The translations under genes and the position numbers were made by a program. A stretch of DNA of 64,000 nucleotides from Amphiscolops sp. MND2022 (taxonomy: Eukaryota), in NCBI GenBank assembly GCA_964187785.1, contig OZ076409.1:91204001-91268000 (forward strand), written 5' to 3'. Shown here one piece after another: positions 1 to 10,706 of this stretch. The notes beneath the pieces were generated by a model. The model saw only the letters and a program-made list of their open reading frames with translations, made no database searches and had not been told where the DNA came from. Position 1 is the first letter of the stretch. The number at the start of each line of letters is the position of its first letter.

Positions 1-2248
1 GATCAACATCATTGGCTGCGATGCCGATATCGTCCACATACTGGGCACACTGATCCGCTTTAATGACTTTGTCGAGGTATTCTCTCATGAAACTCGAGAA
101 TGCGGATAGTGACCGACTAAGGCCTTGTGCCAAGCGTCTGTAAGCGAATGTGCGACTGGCAAAATTGAAAGCCAACATTTCGATTGAACGTTGGTCAGCC
201 ATTGGTAGGCAGTGGTATGCTTGCGAACAGTCTAATTTACAGAACAGTTTTTTGCCTGGCAAGTGTTGGGCAGCATCAACTAGTGTACTGACGGGATGAT
301 TGTTGTTGATATAATCATCTGAGATGAGGTTGTTGATTTTTCTCAAGTCAACCAAGAGTCGGAGTTTCCCGTTCGGTTTCTTCTGTGCAAATATTGGACT
401 CGCATATTTCGAGAACGGTAGGGTGGTGATGATGCCATATTTGTGTAACATGGCTAATTCGACTAGGATGTCCTCCTTCAGATTGATAGGAGCTGGAAGG
501 CTTTGACTATAGGCTGGGGAATCGTCCTTAGGTGTCAGTTTCACTTTGAATTCCTCGTTCATGCCTATATCAAATCGGTGTCGTGCAAAGATGTCATGGA
601 ATTCCACTAACAAGTCCTCAATTTTCTCCTTCTCTTCAGGAGTAAGGGTGGAATCTTTCCAGTCAAAGTTTTCTAAGAATTTTGCACGCGATTCTGCATC
701 TGTGGTGGGGTCGAGTGTCTCCAGGTCCTGTAAGGCCTGTAACTCGCGTAGGATTCGTTTTTGTATAGGTGTGTGTTCCTCAGGATTTCCAGGGTTTTCT
801 GGAGTTGGGAACCAATAATTTTCGGAGTTTTGTGGATTTCTATTGGTTTTGATGAGACTGCTGACATAATGGGCTGCTTGCTCCTGGTCATTCTGCAAAA
901 GGTGCCAGGTTGATGCCGGATCTACCGGTTTGACATACTTCATCTATTCTGGCGTCATGACAGAAAAATTGGCAATATGTAGTCCCTTTTTGAGTTTATA
1001 AGGGTGGTCTGTGAAATTGTTCACTGGTATCAATATATTGCCATCATTCAGAGTGACCAAAGCTGGGCAAAATGTGATGTCGCCTTCCTCATGTAGAAGG
1101 TCGCTCGGTTGCAAAATTCCAGTGACAGCATTCTCAGGGTAGAGTAGGGAATTGGTCCTAATTAGGACTTTATCATTTGGTGGAATGGTTATCTCAATAG
1201 GGTTGAGAATTGGCTCTAATACATTTGAATACTTGTGATCAGCTGTTTTGAGCTGCATCGAAAAGAACGGGAAATTCAGTATCCCTTGTCTCATGTCCAG
1301 CACTGTATGGTTTCTTTGAAGGAACATTAGTCCAATGATCGGACCTGTCAGGTGTTCCATCACTATGAAGATTTCATGGAACTCAATGTCACCAACTTCG
1401 AATTTGAGCTCGATGGTACTCTTAGGAGTTTCCAGTTGCCCATTAGCGACCATGATTTGGAAATTCGGAGGCGGACCTTCCCGGATAACGGATTGTGGAG
1501 ATAAAAGTCGGATTTTCCGGAGGTCCATTTCAGGAATTGCACTGGACAGCGCTCCAGTGTCAATGAGTCCATCTATGGTCAATTCCCCAAAGTCCATTGG
1601 GAAATACAACATGCGTTTCTTGCATTTGAGGTTGATGTTGGTTGACAGGGGTATACAGTCTGGTTCGCCGTCTCTGGTGATTAGGACATTTTGGAACTGT
1701 TTCTCGTCTAGGAGTGATTGTGGCATGGGTTCAGCATTGTTGTCATGGGTCTCGGTCCCCAATGGGTTTGGGAACACTGGATGGTTTGTGCCATCATTCA
1801 TTTGCCAGTTTTCAATTAATGCTCTGGTCTTCTTATTGTGGGTGATTGGAGGGTTCTCGTGGACTGACCGATTGTAGTGTTCGATATCATCTAGAACGTA
1901 CTGGAATTGCAGTAAATCTTGGTTATAAATCTCGGTGTCCCAATAGGGATCTCTGCCGTAGTCTGGGTCGATGTACGTTGGATTGTAATTATCAACCAGG
2001 GGAATGGGCCTGAACCGGGTAGTAAAGGTAGTGGTATAATCAGGATCCCAAACAGGAATTGGTTTTTGGAACAAATGTGTGTTGTTATATGTGATGGTTA
2101 CTGCTTTGTCCATCTGTTGCTGCCAGACATCAGAGGGATAGCCCATCAATTGTTGTGTATATTGATGAAAGGTTTTCGTTGGAGGATCCGACCTGATGTA
2201 TTGGCGGACGGATATCAGTTCGCTGTATTGGAGTCGTGGCGAAATTAG
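1..2248 (-). pseudogene. pol: G1 pol: aspartic protease, linker and reverse transcriptase, with an in-frame stop at 944-946
   Basis: ORF 944..2149 has GLIDTGA and IIGLMFL. The same frame continues past TAG into YASPIFAQKKPNGKLRLLVDLRKIN, KLDCSQAYH and QYVDD (nt 29-40). Confidence 0.9.
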
Positions 2249-3956
2249 GTTTTTGACTCATCATTAGAAGATGAGGACTGTGAGTTTGAAGATGTTGACT
2301 TGTTTTGCGGTTTCTGCGCCTTTGAATTGGGCTTACCGTCATTGGCATCATCTGGTCTGGTGCGTTTGGGTTTGAGATGCGCACCAGCGCCTTGCCAGCA
2401 TCTTTCTTCCGGGTGGTTCTTTTTACCACAAGTGCCACACTCCGGATACGTCTTTTTCTGAGTCTGTTTGCCTTGTTGGGCATCTTTTTCCTTTTTCTTC
2501 TTCAATTTTTCACAGTCTTTGACCATATGGCCCTTCTCCTTGCAATAGTTGCAAGTGATGTCCGACATTTGCCCAGTAGTTAGAGGAGTCTTGGATTTTG
2601 TTGTCGAGGAGGTCATTGTGGCCATTGGTAGGTCTTCTGATTCCTCTAGGGCATTTAGTTCTAACTCTCTCTTTAAATGAGCAACTATTTCGTCATAAGA
2701 GCCATTTTCGAGTCTGGCCATGTTTACAGACCACTTCAGTTTTGGTGGCAATTTTGCGTAGAGCAAACTGTCAATAATTTTTTCGCGTGATCCCCGAATG
2801 CTTTTTCTGCCCCTTGATTTAATTCTTCAAGGAAATCTGGCAGTTTCATCGTGTTGGGATCAAAGACTAGACGGTGCCATTTATGTTTGGCAGTCGCTTG
2901 TGATTCGGGTTTGACGTATTTTCGTCTGAATATGACCAATACGTCCTCTAAAGTCTGTCTATTACTCGAGCTGATGTTCCGGAAGGTTTGGAGAGCATTC
3001 TTCCTCAGCAATGAGTGGAAGTGATTTATTTTCATCTGTTCCGTCATTTCCGGTTGCATCTTGATCATCGTATGGAACAGGTCCTCAAACAGTTCGAATT
3101 TTTCACTCTTGCCATCAAAAGTCATTGTGTTGGAATTGACTGGGCGTATAGTGAGTTGTTGGGCTGTCGGCCTATTCTGCATCGTTGTCAAGACATCTGC
3201 CAGTCGAGTAATAGGGTCGGTTTGAGCAGCCGGAGCATTTCTCTCTTGCGCTGGGATCGTCGTGTCAAGGTTGATGTCCTCATAGGACCTGTCGAGATGG
3301 TTTCTGGATGAGACTCGTCCCGTGAGAAACTCGGGAACTTGAAGTGGAGATTCGTTGTCTCCTGTCACCATGTCATGAACGTTACCGTTAGACGGTCTAC
3401 CTAATCGGTATCCATCATGTTGTTCATTTCTACAGTCAGCTTTAGCGTTTGGAATTCGCTGTTCCTCGGCATTTGCTTCCTCTCTCTCAACTGGGACTTC
3501 CCATCCCCTTCTGGTCTCTCGGCCCGATCCGGCCATTATGACATTCTGTATCTGAGGCAATACTTGACTGCTGATAGCCTCATTAATGGCCCTTTGGATC
3601 TGCGTCCCAACATTATTCATCATTTCAACCATCTCACGGGATATCCTAGAGTTCAATTCGCTAGACAACCTATTTATCTCAGCTAGTGAGTTTGCTTCAG
3701 CTGAGTTTTGGCCAAAATCGGCACTTGTCCTAGGTTCATCATTTCTGCAATTAGAAAATAGACTTTCGCCCTCGTTGTCCAAGTTATTACTTATGACACT
3801 TTCTCTCCTTCCAACGGAGTTATTGTCTAAACTCCTTTCTCTTTCAGTTCCATTGTAACGATCGCCTCCTAACATTATGTCTAGATTTTCGATATCAGAA
3901 AGGATCTCTAGTCCTCTGGACTTTCTAGTCTTCTTTTGTTTTCTTGTAGTAGGCAT
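2245..3956 (-). pseudogene. gag: G1 gag (one frameshift near 2770); starts inside the 5' LTR
   Basis: ORFs 2736..3956 and 2245..2766 contain the retrotransposon gag motifs FDGKSEKFELFEDLF and LEELNQGAEKAF, plus CNYCKEKGHMVKDC and CGTCGKKNHPEERC knuckles. Confidence 0.88.
3360..3370 (-). promoter_or_regulatory. tRNA primer binding site TGGTGACAGGA (G1)
   Basis: The same 11-mer starting TGG (complement of tRNA CCA) abuts the LTR CA in G1, G2 and G3. The primer tRNA was not identified. Confidence 0.8.
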
Positions 3957-5081
3957 AAGGAAAACTTCGAGTATAAAATTAAATTAGATTATATCTCGAA
4001 AATAACAGTGAAACCGTTTGTACTAATATGATAGTCTTTTTCAGAAGAGAGCAAATTAAGAAGTGTCTCCTCTCTCAATGGCACGGGTATTTATACCCCC
4101 GAAAGAGTGACACTCTCAATCCTTACATTCTTTGACTAAGACAATATCATATGACTGCATTTTTGATGGTCACAGGATGAACGCTATCCATTTCAAATAT
4201 TATACATCAAAGGGACAATCATTCAACCGTTAGCACCGTTTACATATTTGGCAAAATATTTTCATTGAACAGGTATTTGTTGATGTAGGTGCACATACTT
4301 TAGCACGTGGCGGCACAACAAATATGTTTAGTCTAAATACCTTTCATGGGTACAATGGCAAAAGGCCTGATAAGGCAATAATATCAGATTTCATGCAACA
4401 GCTATTTTAGAACAAAATTGGATAACTATTCGTTATTGGTACAACAAAACATCAATTAACACTTCAGATTGGTACTTCATGATCAACTAAATATCATTAC
4501 ATGAAATTAGCATCAATCACAAGTGCTTTGTTTATGGCGGACTGAATAGTCGAATTAGGCCGTCTGCCTGAACGGCATTAATAGCACTTTCATCCGGTTT
4601 GTACAAAGGCCGTAATTGGCAAAAGAGAATAAAGCACACGAAAATGAAGGCCTCTGATTGGCTAATTGAGTGAGCGCAAGTGACGCTAGCAAGAAAGTAC
4701 AGGAGTCCATTTGAACTCGTTTCCGTACTTTCTTTGAGTTGCTTACCATAATCTTTGATTATTACTACATCGCATTGATAATACAACAGCACAACACAAT
4801 CTATGTTAACAGACTAATATACAATTAACATTCAGGACTAAGGTCGATCATAAATAATCAACAAGTGCAATAATTCTAAGTTTTGGTGATAAGGGAATAC
4901 GTCCCGGTACGGCCCTTTTGGCTTTTTCTAAAATAATATGGCAACAAAACACATGAGCAATGTAAAAGTTTAGGAGAAAGTTTTAGTTTACTTTAATAGA
5001 TATGGAGAGTTCCTGGGGCCACATCCTGGCCAACAGCCGTTGTTGTAATCCTTGTGCCGTCACAGGCGGCAGCCTGCGACA
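3371..5081 (-). repeat. G1 5' LTR (~1.7 kb)
   Basis: The minus strand starts TGTCGCAGGCTGCCGCC, nearly the same as the G2 LTR start, and ends ..CATGACA immediately before TGGTGACAGGAG. The partner LTR is outside the window. Confidence 0.8.
4088..4095 (-). promoter_or_regulatory. Candidate TATA box (TATAAATA) in the G1 LTR
   Basis: Lies ~130 nt upstream of the gag ATG. G2 has TATATATA at a similar distance (~6381-6388). Confidence 0.4.
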
Positions 5082-7166
5082 AATACCAATTTATGCCATT
5101 TGTGTTTTGCAGTTGCCAGGGACTCAGGTTTGACATATTTCCTCCGGAAGACTGCTAGTATATCTTCCAAAGTTTTTCTATTGGTAGAGTTGATGTTACG
5201 GAAGCTCTGTAGCGCATTTTGCGCAACAGCGAGTGAAAATGATTGATTTTCATTGTTTCCGTCATGTCCGGTTGCATCTTTATCATCGTGTGAAAAAGAT
5301 CTTCGAACAGTTCGAACTTTTTGAATTTACCATCGAATGTTAATGTGGTCGTATTGACTGGTCGTACCATCAGTGTTTGGGCTGACGGTTTGTTATTCAT
5401 TCCCATAATAACATCTGCAAGTCTGTTGATGGGGTCTATTGGTGCTTCAAAGGGCACGTCCCTGTTGTTAGTAGGGACTGTTGGTAATTGTGCAGGGATG
5501 GTTGTATCAAGCGTGTCATTGTTGACACACTGTTGATGGGGAGTTTTATTTTGGGAATGCATGGGCCGTCCGGTCAGAAATTCAGGGACCATTTGAGGGG
5601 TAAGGTTGGCTCCTGTCACCATGTCATAACCATAATCACCATCACTAACTTGAGAATCTACTGAATTCTCTCTACGATAGTTTGTTTGGTTATTTTTAAT
5701 CGAAACTAACCTCGGAAACTCATTCTGAGCATCCTGGTACGATTTATTGATATTTTCCGGATGCAGTCTATTTGACCGAAGGTCCTTCTGAGAATTTTCT
5801 GGGGCTGCAGTATCTTCATGCAGTCCGTCTGACCGAAGGTCCAAGTTTGTTTTTTAGCTGAATTCTGCCTCTTAACTGCATTTTTGACGCTGGGAAGCAC
5901 CCTAGTGTCAATTGCAGCGTTTATAGCGTCCAATATCTGAGAATTTAGAGTAGTTTGCATTTCCTGAAATTTCCTTGACATCTGTGATGAAATCTCAGAA
6001 CTAATAGCTCTACTAGTTTCAATGGTCAAACAACTATTTTCACTTGGATTATTATTCAGGAAGGTTTGATAATCTTCTACATTTCGGTCCTGGCCTTCCC
6101 GTTCATTAAACCTTTGGTCTGATGTATTCTCATTATTCTCATTTTGGAATTCATTATTCTCTCTCTGATAACTTCCTAACATTACATCGAGATTTTCTAT
6201 ATCTGACATCACATCAGACTGTCTAGAGCGTTTCTCTCTTGCTTTCTGCTTTCTTGTTGAAGGCATTTTTAAGAAATGGAATTGATTTCAACAGTGAATT
6301 AATCAACGATAACAAATTGAACAGTTTTGTATTGTAGCGTTCTCAATCAATGAGTGGATCCTTTTATTACAAATTCCGCGTATATATAGTTTATACTGCA
6401 TGACACGCAATATTTTGCGTGTCAGGAACTAAATTTAGGGTGATATCGTTCTAAATATAGCCCCGGTTTCATTATTAGGTCACTAGTTCTAAAAATAGAC
6501 TGAAGGTTTTGACATTACGTCACACAAATGAAGAGATATAAATAACATCAAACAAACAGTGGGTATCTTTACATGTATTCAAATTCAGGTTAAAATCAAC
6601 CTTTCATGCATTGGTAACATCAATACTCAATGAAATTCCAAATTTGACCATGTGTCAGCATGACTGCAATGATGGACTGGTACTTCACTCTGATTGGTCA
6701 ACAAGTACTTGTGACCACACGTCAATTTGACTGCAGTAGAGTACTAGTTAATTAACTAAGAAAAGTGTCTTAAAGTACTCTTTAAACACCGTTTAACAGC
6801 ACTTGAGTTAATTTGCTAAGTATTGCGTCGTTAACTAAGTGATGTACTTTAGGTTCAGATTAATTGCAAGTAATTTCATCAATGGGAAATTCTAAATAGT
6901 AACAAATCAATAATAGCAATTGAATAAATGCACTGATTGAATGCTGTCAGTTTGACCTTAGGTCTAAATAATAACATCGAAATTACATGTTTAGCGTTAA
7001 TATTTCGGTCGTTACATGCTTGAAACAAATATTAAACTATCAGAATAAATGCTAAAGTTCGTTTCAGAGTTTGTTCTAGATAGGTAGTACCCGGGGGCTG
7101 GTAGCGTCTTATTACCTTCTGGCATCATTTGGTATCGGATGCCGTCACAAGCGGCAGCTTGCGACA
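5082..7166 (-). mobile_element. Ty3/Gypsy element G2, 5' part (LTR 5622-7166, PBS 5611-5621, frameshifted gag), interrupted by G1
   Basis: ORFs 5706..6266 and 5155..5844 are homologous to G1 gag (SDIENLDVMLG, MVTG, FELFEDLFHTMIKMQP). The LTR runs TGTCGCAAGCTGCCGC...TATGACA and is followed by TGGTGACAGGAG. Confidence 0.85.
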
Positions 7167-8333
7167 ATAGCTGTTCATCAAAAGTTGCAAGTCGTCTATG
7201 TTGTTCGTCCCAGAGCGCGCAAATCATCCAACTTCTTCGACAAAGAAGTCTTAGTTCTTTTTGTTTGAAGAAGCGTGACAGTTTCCCATAACCTCTTGAT
7301 TTCCAAAAATGTTGTTTGTTCTTCGGAAATGAACTGATTTTTGATGAAAGTCACACAAAGAATGATACAAAAGTTTACAGTGAAGTAGTCATCAATTATT
7401 TGGCGAAAAAGCAAAGAAGAGATATTTCACGAAGTTTTCACACTTTTAAGGAAAGCAGAAATCTCGATAAAAAGTAGAAGATATACATGCTATGACTTCT
7501 AGCTCAAGAAAATAAATACTTGATACCGTTGTTTCATTCGGAAAACACTGTGTCGTTTGGATGGTTCGGTTTCCTGGAAGGAAGCAGCAACAAAAAAGGA
7601 AACAATTCCAGAATTTTCCGAGAATAGTTTTTGTCTTTTTCAGGTAACACAAAACCGGAAGTTGTGTTGAAGATGAACTATTGGGCTGCGGTGACATGAG
7701 ACTTCTTTTTAAAAAGTGCCTAAGATAGAATTGCTAGCTTCGAACCGCTTTGTCGGCGCCCCGATTGAGTCACAAAAAGTGTAGAGTCTTTGAAATAAAC
7801 CAGTTTCTCTTAAACAACCCACAATTGTCACGATGTCGCGGAAAATTCTACCGTTGTGTACCATTTGCCCTGATACAGTTTTTTAGATGTTGTTTGATAG
7901 GAGGAAAACTTTTTGATGCTCCTCATGTCTTAGGCGTAAACGTCAAATTTGTATGGTATAATTTCACCCTTTTGGTTACAACCACGATATCTGAAAACTG
8001 ATGAAAAGTTTCAAACGAGTTTCAAAAAGACTCAAATCAACACTGCATAAAAGATTAAAAGTCGCTCCCGTCAAGGTTTGCAATACCGGACAATATTTAT
8101 AACTCCAATTAATTACAGAACGTTTTTACTACTTTCGACCAACTCATCTCACGCTAATTATGCTAGAGTAGTGAGAAGTTTTTTCAAAAAAGTATTTCAG
8201 CTCTTGAGATTGACGTGCAGAAACTGGTGGGGAAAAATTGCAGCCAAAATTCATAAAACTGAGACAACTCGTGAATTTACCGCATCTGAATGAGAGGGAT
8301 AATTGTAAAAAAGCAAAGTCAAAAAAGTTCTAC

Positions 8334-9793
8334 TGTGATGATCGGCTTCCTGTCTGTTTTCATTTATTATGATGGTTTCGTTCAGTGTTTCATTAACTCC
8401 CAGAGGAGTGTACACAGTTGTCTTAATTCGCTCATTTCCGAAGGCTGGAAGCGATCATCCTGATTTTTGTCTATATCTGTAAGTATGTTTGATGCGTGTT
8501 TTTTCCTGAGAGTTCTATTTTCTGAGTTGGATGGACCTGGTCTATTATTCTCGGCATCCTCTTCAGCGTTTATCAAATTGCTTTCTCTATTTGTTCTAAT
8601 TTCTTTAAGTATCGCTTCGAATTTGCTGTTCAGTTGTTGCTCAATTTGTGTCATCTTGTTACTGTTTTGTTCAGATAGTCTCTGAGTTATTGCTTCTATT
8701 TCATTGCTGATCTGCGAAGGTTCTGTCAGTTCGCTACCGAAGTTCCTGTCAAAAATGTTATTAACATTTTCAGAAACATCAACTAAAGTCGCATTACCTT
8801 GAGTGAAGCTTGTTTCTGAAGTATTTTCTTCTCTGTCTGACGACTGAGATTCTATTCTTCTTGAACGTCTAATTCTCTTGTTTCCCATAGTGAAGACAGA
8901 ATTGAGTGTGAAAATCTTTGAATTACAAAGATATTTGGGTGAAATGAAACTGTGGAAGTTATCTTTACAAATAAAAAAAACTGCAGAGTTTGAGAACTGT
9001 GGGTTGTTCGTGAAATTGAGTGCCTGATTTCTGTGTGAGATTTTTGTTGAATGATTGTGGGGAAAACTGATTTCGAAGGTCTCTTTTAAAAATGATTTCC
9101 TTGGGTGTTATTTTTAGTAGCATGACCGCCAGTTTTATCGAAATCATCATAACGTCATATGTCTAGGGTCAAAAGTTAAGAATACATCATTACGTCATAT
9201 CCCTAGAAGGTCTAAATGTAGCACTGTTATAAACGCGGAATACCGCAGCATAATATGCAAATTATTCTGTCTGTTGTCATAATGCCGCATATGCTGTTTA
9301 TCGAAAACGGCTTCTTGCAGTATAATAAACTAGCGCCACCGCACAGATATTCGGTATGCTGGTTAAACTTGTACACATCATACTGTTTTTCTGATAAACC
9401 TGCATGAGACTCATAGTACATCATAACATGTGATCGCCGGTGTGAGTGATTGTTATGCTATTCTCATCATACTGTTTTTATAGAATTTCCGCATACAGCG
9501 GCGTGAAGTATATGCCTGCACAGACGTGTAGTCAACATGCTGTTTTCCAATAAAAACCGCATATGCTGTTTTAATGTGAACTGCATAATGCATTATAAAC
9601 TGTAAGCACAATTTATGTATGTTCTTTATGCTGCATCCTGAGCGAAAGTTTGCAAAACGTTTGAAAGTTCCTCATTTCCAGACTGCAATTGTTTGCTGTC
9701 GTATACATCTGGGTCTTTCGTGATTGGGTGCAGGAAGTTATTCTGCTCAGCGATGTTGCACTCCGGACATCTCGCAAGGGTAACTTGCCAACA
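8334..9793 (-). repeat. G3 3' LTR (1460 bp; ~335-bp internal deletion near 9640 relative to the 5' LTR)
   Basis: Colinear with 30583-31886 and ~32225-32377. Contains a gag N-terminus copy (ORF 8382..8888, cut short by a 2-bp insertion) and the last codons of ORF 9747..10706. Confidence 0.93.
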
Positions 9794-10706
9794 GTCCAGC
9801 ATTTTTAAAGCAGATTAACGCCGCACCAAATCCATCTATAAATGCCCGCGATCTCACATTACGATCTCGGATTGTTTCGTCTGGATACTCCGACCAAGCC
9901 ACATAATGGGTTAGAGTTTCAACGGCTATCTGGTCGTATGTCTTATTACACCCTGAACAATAACCAGCCACTTCAGGCATTACTGATGGGTTCATCTGAA
10001 GTATCGGTTGATTGATTATGGGGGCTCCTTGGGAAACTTGCTGCCCTTGATTCACTTGCCTGTTGAGATCCGTCTGATAATAGCCTCCGTTGTTCCAACT
10101 ATTCTGGTAGAAAGGATTCGGCATTGGCAAATAATTCGCCTGAGGGAACTGGCGCACTGCAGGTTCCTGTGGTCCCTGTATCGTGGGCATTACTGCTGTG
10201 AAAGCACTCGTGCCACTCTGAATTGTTGGCGGGATCGCAATCGGTCTGATCACTTCTTGCTGCCAAGGGATTGGTACCACTCGTTGTACTGGCCGCCCAT
10301 AAGAACTTCTCTCCACGTTCGCAAAATTTGCATCGAGGAATGGGTCCACTTCGTCTTCTGATGAGCCAATGAACGAAAGTGGCGACACATCTATGGCGTG
10401 GTCTAGTAAGTCCATAAGGTCATTCTCAATGTTTGACCCTCTCGTATCAACATGGTGCTCTGAACCACTTCCTGCCTCATTTCCTCGCGCGAACAGGACT
10501 GCTTCCGCTGCTTCCACAAAGGCCGTTGGCAAATCAACCAAATCAATATGAGGTACCCTGAATCTGTTTTCTAGTTCTGGTAGAGAGAAAGGCTCCACAA
10601 CAAGTTCTTCTCCTGAGCTACTTGAAATGTTTATTAGCTCCAGAGCAGGACTTGTGATCATGGGGGTGTTCATGTTGCTGTTCCTTCCCACGGATGTCTT
10701 GCTCAT
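9747..10706 (-). CDS. G3 accessory ORF X (319 aa, unknown function; acidic/P/Q-rich N-terminal part, C-terminal CxxC domain)
   Basis: Uninterrupted ATG-to-stop ORF in the element's sense orientation, containing GYCSGCNKTYDQIA...RAFIDGFGAALICF. Its stop codon lies inside the 3' LTR. Confidence 0.75.
   Translation of the reverse strand: MSKTSVGRNSNMNTPMITSPALELINISSSSGEELVVEPFSLPELENRFRVPHIDLVDLPTAFVEAAEAVLFARGNEAGSGSEHHVDTRGSNIENDLMDLLDHAIDVSPLSFIGSSEDEVDPFLDANFANVERSSYGRPVQRVVPIPWQQEVIRPIAIPPTIQSGTSAFTAVMPTIQGPQEPAVRQFPQANYLPMPNPFYQNSWNNGGYYQTDLNRQVNQGQQVSQGAPIINQPILQMNPSVMPEVAGYCSGCNKTYDQIAVETLTHYVAWSEYPDETIRDRNVRSRAFIDGFGAALICFKNAGLLASYPCEMSGVQHR

Larger units (their letters stand above)
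1..5081 (-). mobile_element. Ty3/Gypsy LTR retrotransposon G1 (5' LTR, gag, 5' part of pol; continues beyond the window start), inserted into the gag of G2
   Basis: gag with two CCHC knuckles, protease LIDTGA and RT YVDD. The LTR 3371-5081 has TG..CA ends next to a PBS. The G2 gag sequence breaks at KWHKLVF exactly at 5081/5082. Confidence 0.9.

Noticed and set aside
324..3858. Plus-strand ORFs such as 1335..1877 and 1919..2248
   Set aside because: Shadow ORFs antisense to gag-pol with no recognisable motifs.
7012..7227. Independent 71-aa gene
   Set aside because: Chance fusion of flanking DNA with the ORF X tail at the G2 LTR start (7166).
8382..8888. A fourth truncated Gypsy copy or tandem duplication of gag
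   Set aside because: TG..CA boundaries and the TCTAC TSD show that this is the 3' LTR of G3.
9747..10706. env gene
   Set aside because: No signal peptide, furin site or transmembrane anchor visible.
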